A stretch of DNA of 64,000 nt from Saccostrea echinata. Taxonomy: Eukaryota. The notes below the pieces were generated by a model that was not told the DNA's origin, searched no databases, and saw nothing but the letters and a program-made list of their open reading frames with translations. How positions within the stretch are numbered: position 1 is the first letter of the stretch; each line of letters starts with the position of its first letter. This document shows positions 53,579-64,000 of the stretch, in pieces. Where the stretch lies: the NCBI RefSeq assembly GCF_033153115.1, contig NW_026889815.1, positions 682,001 through 746,000 of the forward strand. Reading direction: 5' to 3'. The translations under genes and the position numbers were made by a program.

Positions 53579-53923
53579 TGATTGATTGTATATTGTTTTA
53601 CGTCCCGCTCGAGAATTTTGCACTCATATAGAGACGTCTCCATATACTCGTGAAGGGCTCCAAATTTAGACCTTACTCGGCACTCAGGGCCTTTCAGCAG
53701 TGAGGGTTCTTTATCGTGCCAACGCCTACCGTGACACGGGGCTTTGGTTTTTAAGGTCTCATCCAAAGGACCCACAACTTTCACTTCACAAAGTACCGAG
53801 CGCTTGGCGAGGGAACGGTTGATACCTATTTTTATCGCCTTGGGTCAGTCGCAGCCGTGATTCGAACATACGACCTTCCCTCCACGGAGAAAGCGCTCTA
53901 CAGACTGAGCTACCGTGACGGTC
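53579..53923 (-). mobile_element. tRNA-derived SINE
   Basis: On the minus strand: A-box GTAGCTCAGTCTG, B-box TGTTCGAATC, and a 3' tail GGGACGTAAAACAATATA(CAAT)n. TSD about AA(C/T)TCGTTGGAT on both sides. Confidence 0.9.
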
Positions 53924-54066
53924 CAAATTCGTTGGATAAAAAATCATATCCAGCTACAAATCATGGAAGATCGTATTTATCTTGTCAAAAATGAGCCCAT
54001 TCGGCTTTCGTTATTTAATGACTTATTCAAAAGAAAAAAAAAGCTCAAAGTACGCAGGTGTGTTAA

Positions 54067-55049
54067 GGAAGCACTAAAATAATCTGACTTGACTAAATCA
54101 GTGATACAATATGACGTCATAGTAGGCGAGATGACGTCAATTTTAGAACACAAGTTTTCTAAATATTGTTATTTAGAGATCTAATTTAGCTCCTGAAAAT
54201 GAAAATAAACTTGCAAATATTCACAAAAATAAAATGTTTTTATTTTGTTATGCTGTATCTGTCACTTGAATTAAAAACTCCGACCGATGACGTCATATCT
54301 GTTCAACAAATGACTTGAGAATTGATCATGTGGTGTAATGAGAATTTGGCTAAGACGGCATGTAAAAAGATACGTAAAAGGGGATTTAGAAGCAAATACC
54401 GTGAATGTGTGTGATTCATGTGAAGTTAAAGTTTGTTAAACAGGTATGCTAATTCATTTTCATCGATTACATCTTCTATTGAAGACAGTCAGCTATTTAC
54501 GTATCCCGGTCGGCCTTTTCTCTGTCATTCGTGACAACAATAATGCCACAGAACAACACTAAGCTGGATACTTCAAAACATTATATTTGTACATATCAAA
54601 AGCTTGCGTTCAATAATACTTGGAAAGTGCTGCTAGAATCGTGAGGTAAACTTGGTTTGAAGAAATTTCTCGGGTTATTTGTATAAAATGCAAAACATTG
54701 GGTAAGGTTTCGTACGAATATGTGGAATAATTATTTTCTCAACCGGACATTGGGACTCTAGCAGCACTTTTTAGGCATAAGAGATGTTTTTGAACTATAT
54801 TATTTACTCAAAGAAATAATCAAACCCCGGGGTATTGTTTTCTGTTAAATTTTTTATTAAGGAATATTTTGCTATTAATAGCAGTCACGTGATGACGTTG
54901 TGGTGGTGCACTTCTCGGCCCCAGACACTCTGTTGTCTTAATGCAATAGATAATAATAGTTTACGTTTTATTGGCGACTTTGATAAATTATCAAACTTAA
55001 TTTTCTTTAAAAAAGTCTAAATTTCCCGACAAACGATTTGTATGCTTCC
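54067..55049. mobile_element. TTAA-flanked element (Kolobok-like), 983 bp
   Basis: TTAA|GGAAGCA ... TGCTTCC|TTAA, with imperfect extension of the TIR. Confidence 0.65.
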
Positions 55050-55703
55050 TTAACATACCCGCGTAAACAAGAAAGTATTCATCCTAATGTTTACTCAGAC
55101 GTCCGCACTGAATGGTAGACCCCCATTTCATTGTTGGAAAATTTAATAATTCCATATTTATCAGTTGATGTTCCGCGATCTTTATAATAATAAAGCATAT
55201 TTTTTCAATTAAATATATAAACATTTTATGCAAATGTTACTCGGAACTTCTCGGACAATTTCTGCAGTAAAAAAATATACCTTTTTAAGCGCTAAGCGCA
55301 GCGCAAAGCGCTTACTGTCATCGTAAATCTACTTCCGTTCGCGATCCAGCGCCACTAAGCAAGTTAAATAACTCCACTGGGTTTTCTAAAAATATGCAAC
55401 TCGAAATTCCCGACTCTCTTTCGGCTATTTTAGTGTAATACTGAGTCACGTGCAGTTCTAATAATAGGAGTCAATTAGTAAGGGAAAGATATGCATGTAC
55501 ATTGTACGAAAATCCACTGTTAGTAGATAAGGGCAGTTCTTGTCATGCTTATCTCTATACATTGTAGTTCATTTAAAATCGTGTCAGCACTCATCACTTG
55601 TGTACCATGTAACTAACAATTGCTGCATCTATGGCGCAAATACTTAATTGAAAACGGCTTATTATATATGTCATGTACATGTGATGTAGTGATTGAATAA
55701 GTA

Positions 55704-57309
55704 CAGTGGTACCTCGGTATATTGCCCTATGTTATATTGCCACCCTCGCTTATTGCCAGGAATTCTCGAAGAACGGATTTCCCCCTGTGTTAATACACCC
55801 GTTATATTGCCACCCCCGCTTATTGCCATCCACCACTGGTTTTGGGAAACAAAAGGTCAAATTATGTAAGGAAAACCCTCGGTAACAATGCCAATTATCT
55901 AGCGCGTGTCGATAATTTGGACACCACACCCGTGCTTTGACAGTGGTTGCGGTGAAGCGTGACTGGCTGGACAAGGAATTTAGCTAAATTAAAGATAATC
56001 GTTGTATAAAACTCAAAATTAGCAATGTCTTTGGCGTGTGTTTATAAGACAGAAGATTATTTCATCACAATAATGGAAACGTCAGGCGAGAGAAAGCGTA
56101 AAAATTTAGATTACGAAAAAAAAAAAGATTGATCAACATTCGATAAATTTGATTGTAAATCGCCGATTATTGCTTATCATGGATAATGCACAAAACCATA
56201 ATAAATGCAAAAATTAATCCGTATCCCCTTAGATTAAGGACTTACGCAACATTGGTTGAACTTTATTGTCTTTTTCCCTGGAGTTGAAGAGTTCCAATAC
56301 TTGAAGGAACTGTGTGCTACATTTTAATGTTTATATATGCTGTTGTACACATCTTCTAAAACCAGTTTGGATAAATAAAACATCTAGAATATATGTTTAG
56401 TAATTTTTGTTTATTTTTCTTTGAATTATACAAGAATTTTCATCAATTGATATCTTTTCAAAACCCCTGGTAATACATGCTGATTTTTTGTCTACGAACA
56501 TCTGATGGCAATATAATCTTAAATTAAGAATATCTTGAAAAATTATCAGTAGGTAAGGTACGTTGCGTATGTCCTTAAGAAGCCATTCTATCGATTAAAA
56601 AGGAAACCCCATTATCTATTTTTAGACTACTATATAGTTCCGCACGTGAAAATATTAGAGATTCCGTTAGCCCTGAAATTTTCTTAAATTATCGGACATA
56701 TATTGGTTTGATTGATAAATATAAAAACAGAATCGGAAGAGAAGTACACAGGTACTAGCAAACATGAGAATACACGTTTAATATAACGGGTTGACGTATT
56801 CTGACATGCGACTTACCATTCTTCAGTCATGATGCTTTACCAACCGAACTTTTTAACTAATTCAGAAATTCTTGAGACGGTGAAATAATCTACATGTGTA
56901 CTTTCGATTCAGATGAAATTAATGATAATTCTCAAAACATTTTTTTTATACCAAAGAGCCACAACGGCCACTGACATCTTTGTCATCCGGGTTATTAAAT
57001 TGTTAGAGCATGACGAAAGGAAATTGATGTGTTCAATATTCTGGTATTTTATTTCTTTTCAGTCAAAACATTGTAAACAAAGAAAACCCCCCCATTAATA
57101 ATGACTTTTTCCCCAAAAAGAAATGAGAGCTTTCCCTATACACATGTGACATAAATAGTTTGTAACTGAAATAAATTACGTAATATATTTATTTTGTTTT
57201 GATAACCAACTGAATTGTAATTTATGGCAGAATTCATTATATTGCCACCCTCGCTTTAATGCCAAAATCTGTCTTGAACAAAAGTTGGCAATATACCGAG
57301 GTAACACTG
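55704..57309 (+). mobile_element. Pogo/Tigger-type Tc1/mariner deletion derivative
   Basis: TA|CAGTGGTACCTCGGTATATTGCC ... GGCAATATACCGAGGTAACACTG|TA, subterminal TATTGCC repeats, and a remnant METSGERKRKNLDYEKK (CENP-B/pogo-like start) at ~56073. Confidence 0.88.
56238..56574. mobile_element. TTAA-flanked MITE (Kolobok-like) nested in the pogo element
   Basis: TTAA|GGACTTACGCAAC ... GTTGCGTATGTCC|TTAA. Confidence 0.8.
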
Positions 57310-60130
57310 TACATATCTTTAAAACTCAGATGGGATTTTAAGAATAAGTATTTAAAACTCAAACTGGAATTGAGTTATTTAGTAGAAAATTTCGCATAAA
57401 AATGATTTACAATGTACTTACATATGTACGTTCCATATAACTTATATCCATATAAACTATTATTTCTTCTTCTAGACCCTTATTTCAGGCAATGTAACTA
57501 AAAACAAGTCTTCCTATTATCACCCTTGCACCATGCAGAGAGCTATCAATGAAGTTGATTTTCGCATCTCGGTATCAATTAGTAACAGACTGGAATGCAT
57601 TCATGGACTGTCTATACTTGTGTTGTACTCTATACTTGTAATGTGGTAAAAAATATGATGTAAATAATTCGCAAGGAAAGGAAGTTTGCGGCTGTACGTA
57701 CATGTAGGGCACATGGTGGCTGTGTTTTTAACGAATCTATTCACTATATATACAAATAGGAAAACTAATTTTTCGGAATAATGTGCTTTTAAATTTTGTG
57801 TGCAATGCGCAAGATATGGTTAAATTGCAAAAACCTTAAATAAACGTTCTTAGCAATGGGCATGAATAGCGCCGATGAAATGTTAAGCAAACAGTGTAAT
57901 ACTTATATTAGGAAACTAGCAAGAAATAGTTTATGTAAAGATTTGCGCGTGTTACCGATTGGATTGCTAAGCAACTTAATGAGGACTACATGAAAACCGG
58001 AATAAAACAATGTTGTATACCTTCATGAAGATTTATTAATACTTGAGATTAATATGCTGTATTTTCTTTCTTGGGCTGTTGAATTTTTATCATGGAAATA
58101 GCAGAAAAATTAAGGGCAATTATTTTCAGTATTCCTTTTCAACTAACACAACAGTGCTTTGGATATCTTTTTCCTCTAAACACATTTAGCGTGGTAGTTA
58201 ATGTCATACATAAACAAGTAAAGAATGGTGTAAAGCATCAAACGTCTGTAAAAAAAAAATACTGAAGCATTTTAAAGTATTTCAACAATAGTCCAAAATA
58301 CGTTTGGGGGGTTAATAACATATTTTTAATCCGAAGAAGAAAAGTATAAAATATTTTTTAAAAAGTAATATTTACAAATCAGATATACATATTGTGAGAT
58401 CAATAGAAAAGACAAATATACATTATAAATTATGTATATGAAAATCAGAGATAAAAGGATAGCACAGATGTTTTATCATCAAACGAAGAAGACAAATTAA
58501 TATCTTTATACTCAAAATGTACATTTACCAATTATCTCTGACCAAAGGAAGTTAACTCTACGGGTGCTCATTTCATTGACATGGAGTTTTGTCACATGAC
58601 GTTGTTACAAACATGATACCGATATGCTGCACAGCGCGATGAAAGTGAAGTGTTAAAAATGTATAATATACAACTGTAGCATATTCAAAACAAAATGTAA
58701 TATATAGTCTAAGTTTTATTTATCATTAATATTTAATGTAAATATCTTACACACTCCATTAATGTATTTCTTGTAGAATCCTTTCTATAAAATCGTACAT
58801 TTATAAGTCGCTTATGAATATGAAAAAAAAGAGATATACTAAAAACAATTTTGTGAGAATACTAGTATTCGATATTTTTGAGATGTTTTATTAATAACTT
58901 TAATAAATAATTATGTTATCAATAAGGAAATATTTATCGACGCAATAAACAAATAACATCTTTATTTTCCGAGTGCAGTTTCTAAAATTAAAGCACAGTC
59001 ACTAACAGCCAATCTTCAATTTGAAACACTCGTAAACACGGAATGAATTAATTATCAAAAATTATCACCAGAACATTTTAGCCGTTGGTGTTCCACATAA
59101 ATGAGAGGAATTTCAGCGACATTTTCAAGTGTTCAAAATTATTTAGAAATATACATTTTCCAGCAAATGTATAGCTACATTTATAGTCTAAGTTTGGTCG
59201 GAAAACTCGTCGACCATCCCTCCTCCAATAAATTGCGATTTATACGCAAAGCTACCTCTTATAGACTCCTATAAGGAGATGGAGAAAGAAAATATTTTGA
59301 CATGTTTTTTTTTTCTTTTGTTTATTAGGTTTGAGAAATATATTGCTGCTTGGAGTAAATATCTGCCATTTAATTTGTATATATATTTTTTTTTAAGAAA
59401 CGGAGAAATATTTTCTTGCAATTTCATGTATGTGAAATTGATTGATCTTTTGACAGAAGAAGAAAATGTAAAATGCTTAAAATAAAAAGGATAAGACAAT
59501 GTTGATTTTCATATCCCAACGGGAAATTTTCATGACTCACATATTTGATTATGTATCAAACAACTGTGCTCGCCCTAGTGCAGCTGCACTGTCAAGATAT
59601 TGCTTAAATTCCAATACAACAGCCAATTTAAATTCAATCAATTCTGATGAAATTCAAACTTTCAGTACTTTGATTTTAAAAAGCAATTTAAAATTCAGGT
59701 TTGAATTATTTTTGGTCAACACTAAAGGGATTATTCTCATCTTTTTATGTTATCATTATTTTACATCTGCTGAGGTCTAATTCTGTCTCGCACTTTACAA
59801 AACATACAGTTTAGGATTTCCCCCTCTAAATTTTAGATTCACTTTCGAGGCTGCAAAAAAGGAAGACGCGTTTTACGCTCAAATTTTCATTCCACTGATG
59901 AAATCTTTAAAAGTCTAAAAAGAGCATCCTCAAACGGGTTTTTTAAAGCACTTGAACCACTTTCAATAACACAGAGAAAAAAATCAAGTGGAAAACAACA
60001 CAACAAGAATCAACTGCCCATGCCCACTTCCAGCAGCATAGATATGCTTCAGATACTTCACTGATCTATGACGTAGATTTAATTAAAGAGAAAAAAAACC
60101 CAGGTAAAGCATAAAATATAGCAGACTTTT

Positions 60131-60601
60131 AAACAAGAGGTCCATAGGCCACAATACTCACCTGAATTGCCCTGGTCGTGTCCTTTTTTTAGAAGACGAC
60201 TTTTAATTATTTCTTTCTTTTTTCTCTTTGGATACTTTGATCTCCACATAACAGCCAACACAGGCTACTGGGTTATGATTTAATTGAAATAGAACAATAT
60301 TGCGGTTCTTAATTATGACTATGACTCAAATTACCTCCCTATTAATTTATCAATATAAAATCCTGTTAACATGGAAGTTGTGCAATTTATTCACAATTTG
60401 ATCCCAATCCTCACCCCTGGGTCCAATTTCCAATAAATACACAATTTATTTACATGACTGTAAAACTCCGATCCCCTGCTGTAACACTAACCTGATCAGA
60501 GAGTCCATGACTTGAACAAACTTCGGTGGTTAGTCTGACAGATGGACAACGACAAACTTTTATTATAAATGCTCACTTGCGTTTCAGCACAGGCAAGCTT
60601 A
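60131..60601 (-). mobile_element. Degenerate HINE
   Basis: AAACAAGAGGTCCATAGGCCACAATACTCACCTGA (reverse 3' end) ... GACAGATGGACAACGAC microsatellite and GCTCACTTGCGTTTCAGC (reverse 5' end). Confidence 0.7.
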
Positions 60602-60644
60602 TGTAATCAATCTCTCATGTTAATGTTTATTGCTTTCTTTTTAG

Positions 60645-61625
60645 GGATTTCAAAGTGAGCATAGAAAGGTTAAATATGGCGCCAAAAGAATATAGGTAAG
60701 GAACCACACACGCTAACTCTCGATCCCCGCCTACATTTTACACCCATTTAATTTAATATAACTGGCAGTTTGGCCATTAAATCTTGATTGAATTCAAAGA
60801 AGAGTTCATTAATAATTGATTAATAATTTTAAAACCAGTATCAAAAGCTTAATTGCTCCTGTTTACGACTCCTTTAAAAAGGGGGGTTGAACATTTTATC
60901 CATTGAAATCAGGTTTTAAAAATTGCTGGATTTACAAAAACGCATGGAAATGGATAAATGACCCTTAAAACTTTCCGTATGTTTAACCTGTGTAAAATTC
61001 GACATAAAAGATTGATAAAAGACCTTATTTAATTTGAAATTTCATTTGAAATTGATGATAAAATGACTATTTTTGCAGTTTTTTGTCTGTAAACATATGT
61101 CCCCCCCCCCCCCCCCCGTGAAACAACAAAAGTTTTGGTATGAATTTGTCAAATAACAATTCATAAAACCCATAAAAAGGAATTTTTGTTTCACGGGGGG
61201 GGGGGGGGAGATGTTTTAAAAATATTTTCCGTTTTCCATTGATTTCTATAGTGAAAAACACAAGTTTTACCAAAATTATAGAGTTATCTCTCTTTGTTAT
61301 TCCAAACCATTTATGTTTTATGAAAATTCACATAAATATCTCTATAAATATGAAAAATCATTCAAATATGTTAACTTTTGAAATTTGACTTGGAGGTAGG
61401 CGGCAGAACAATACTATCGTTCGCAGTTCTTTTGATTCTTGGTAAATACTATATCTGTATGTTTAGGAGGCATTTTTAATTGAAATGATTCACAAATCCA
61501 TTGTTTAATACATTGCTAGGTGAAGGGAACTCGATGAAGATTGGGTAAATGCCATCAAAAACAGTGTAAAAGAGGCCTCAGGACCAATTATCACCAAAAT
61601 ACATGTGCTCCTAGACCCGGATATG
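60645..61625 (+). pseudogene. Two splice-compatible exons (60645-60695, 61520-61625) encoding a ParB/Srx-like N-terminal segment with one in-frame TGA
   Basis: AG|...|GTAAG and CTAG|...|GTAAT boundaries with a phase-2 join give DFKVSIERLNMAPKEYR*RELDEDWVNAIKNSVKEASGPIITKIHVLLDPDM. Confidence 0.45.
60698..61431. mobile_element. Old MITE-like insert with imperfect TIRs within that intron
   Basis: AGGAACC..CCGCCTAC versus GTAGGCGG..GTTCTT; internal C-run/G-run inverted symmetry. Confidence 0.4.
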
Positions 61626-62994
61626 GTAATACATTTAGTATGATTGAGAAAATGATATGAAGACGTTAATAACACTGTAATTGAATGCAAAATGACCAAT
61701 CGGATAACCACAACAAGTTGCGATAGATTAGGGTTAATATTACATGTATATAATTAGACATTGATACATGATACGATCTTGATTTCATTTTCTCGGGCAC
61801 AATCTAATTAGACCTAGTATGGCGATTTTGATTTTCATAAAGATAAAGAAAACTATGAAACATGATCGAGATATCAGAAAAAAATAATTTCAGAAGTACA
61901 TTTTGTTTCGTAAATATCATCAGAGCAACCAATTGTTTTAATGTTAGTGTTAAGAAGTAAAACTTCATTAAACTTGATAGGAAATGAAGATAATGGACAA
62001 GATTACGCACGCATTGAACACATATTCACTAAAAGGTTTACTTAATTGAATAATTCACTATTTAACCTTTTTTTTGAAAATGCTACAACGCAATGTCATT
62101 CATGAGATAAATTTGTGTCCAGTCTTGACATATAATCAATAAAATATGTTCAAAACACATTTTATTTGAATCTCCTTCTTCGATACTAGAGGAGATTATC
62201 CCTTCTCCGAACTGCTCACACATTATTCTCTTGAGCAAATATATGAGGGTATTCTTTCCAACTATAAAATAGAAATAATATCGGGATTTGACAGCACAGT
62301 TTGCGATGGTCCTACTTGTAGTGCCAGTAAAATTCAAGAAAACCACTGTAATTTTGGTAAGTATTTTCATTCATATTTGAATTTGATTTTTAAAAATCAC
62401 TATTCTGTATAAAATTATCATTAATTCATAAACATTTATTAGTATCAAAGACAAATCAACAAATTGCAGATGCACAAGAACCAAATAAATGTATCAGCAA
62501 ATCCTATCTGCAACTGCCACAGCTACAAATTACATGTATAACATCTCGAAGAAAGGTAAAACGTATGAAAAAGCGATCTTACTTTTTTGACTCAAGCAAT
62601 TAATTAAAAATAAATTAAGTCAATAATTTTCGGGAAATCATGAAAAAGTACTAATTTGATAACCGTTTCGTTTTTCATATAAAGTTGGTGCTTGCAGCAG
62701 AAGAAAGTTAAAAAACTCGGAAGAGGAAAATTTGCAGCTAGATAACAAGGGGCTTCATTTTGAAATTGATCATCTAAAATCAAACAAAGAAATCATGGCA
62801 CTTCAAAAGGAAATTTTAATGCTCAAGAAATCGAAACTTGAATTTGAAATAAAGGTTAACTATCCCTTTCTACTGATGCATTTTCCTACAAATCCACGTA
62901 CACATATTCCTAAGTGTTAATGGTAATGACATTTAGAAACTTAGATAGAATGTTCTAATCGTAATTATAATTCATGAGTAACTCTAACAAAAAA

Positions 62995-63230
62995 TACTTA
63001 AGTAAACTATAGTAAATCAAAGTTTCAAAGTTATCAATATGACATCAACGTTTACATAGTGATAACTATAGAGTCATAGTAAATTAAAGTTATCACTATG
63101 GTTAATCAAAGCTTTCATAGTTATCACCATAGTAAATTAAAGTTTTCAAAGTTATCAATATAGAGTCATAGTGATCACTATAGTAAATCAAAGTGTCACT
63201 ATAGTTAACCATAGTATTTTTTTGTAAGGG
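62995..63230. mobile_element. Right terminus of a CACTA/EnSpm-type element with an ACTATAGT subterminal repeat array
   Basis: Repeated (C)ACTATAGTAAATCAAAGT units end in ACCATAGTATTTTTTTGTAAGGG (a CCCTTACAAAA terminus). The left end was not found in the window. Confidence 0.7.
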
Positions 63231-64000
63231 ACGGAAGGTTTGATCTTCTCACTTAGATTACCACATGTTGTAGAGAATCAGGGGAGGTAAGAAAATTCGT
63301 TACAGGTTATATACATGTACATATTGTGTAGATATATAAACTTGTATTATACGATTAGAAAGTGATAAGAATATAACTGAGTGTTTAAATCATTCGAGTA
63401 CGAAATGATAATAAAGCTTTCGACATAATAGACCTCTGACCAGTAATTTTCATTTCTACCTAGATTTGGCAAATATTATTACAAATATATTTTCCCCGTG
63501 AAGACTAGTTGGGTGAATTATGACTAAATTGTATTCTTTTGATAAAATAAACAGTAAATGTGATTTAATATAACAAAATAACTCAAGAAGAATATAATTC
63601 TGCAATTTTGTTACATCTTCAACAATGAAATAATGTGATTTATTGATTGAGTAAAAGTGATATCCTGTCACACTGTGAAAGGATACCAAAGCGATATTCT
63701 GTCACAGTGTGAAAGATATCAAAGTAAGTAAAAATAATTTTTGGCCTCATAAGAAAGAGATAGTAACTAAACCATCTTGATGGAGACTAAAACTGCCAAT
63801 TTCTTCCCAAATATGTTGCTAAAATCAATGTTCCAATTTTTCAATCTTACGCTAAGACGTCTCAGCCGCTCAACTATGACGTCACAGCCTACGACAATGT
63901 AAAGAAAAGACAGAGGAAAAGGGAAATCAAAAGAAAATGTAATAAACAGAAAATGCAATGCTTAATAGTTATATTATTGAATTTATTTCACTCGTGAGAT

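Noticed and set aside
53850-53923. tRNA gene
   Set aside because: It is the head of a SINE with body, tail and TSD.
49902-56574. piggyBac assignment for the TTAA elements
   Set aside because: The termini begin with purines (GG/GA), not CC(C/T).
62083-62370. 95-aa minus-strand ORF
   Set aside because: No recognisable motif, and it is antisense to the neighbouring exon-like blocks.
62995-63230. Short repeats with variable spacing resembling a CRISPR array
   Set aside because: Eukaryotic context, no unique spacers and no cas genes. The array ends in a CACTA-type TIR.

Overview
AT-rich, intron-containing animal genomic DNA. The repeat families (Helentron/HINE elements carrying a ~170-bp satellite, a (CAAT)n-tailed tRNA SINE, Naiad PLEs) suggest a bivalve, most likely an oyster; this is inference. 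Only one intact host gene is visible: a five-exon, 316-aa secreted protein with a PAN/apple-like domain and a fibrinogen-related domain (23141-26005, +). The rest is mostly nested mobile DNA: a spliced PIF/Harbinger-ISL2EU transposase running off the left edge; a ~538-bp satellite in inverted blocks, interrupted by a 4.9-kb CACTA/EnSpm-type element; several HINEs, three of them nested; hAT, mariner and pogo-type elements; two Naiad-type Penelope-like elements sharing an in-frame UGA in the RT; a BEL/Pao LTR retrotransposon with TSD; and four TTAA-flanked Kolobok-like elements. The most unusual items are a 5.4-kb near-perfect palindromic element (2.16-kb arms) carrying an F-box-like / 15-aa-repeat gene remnant, and two splice-compatible exons encoding a ParB/Srx-like N-terminal segment next to a CACTA-type terminus. 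All calls were made by eye, with no database searches.
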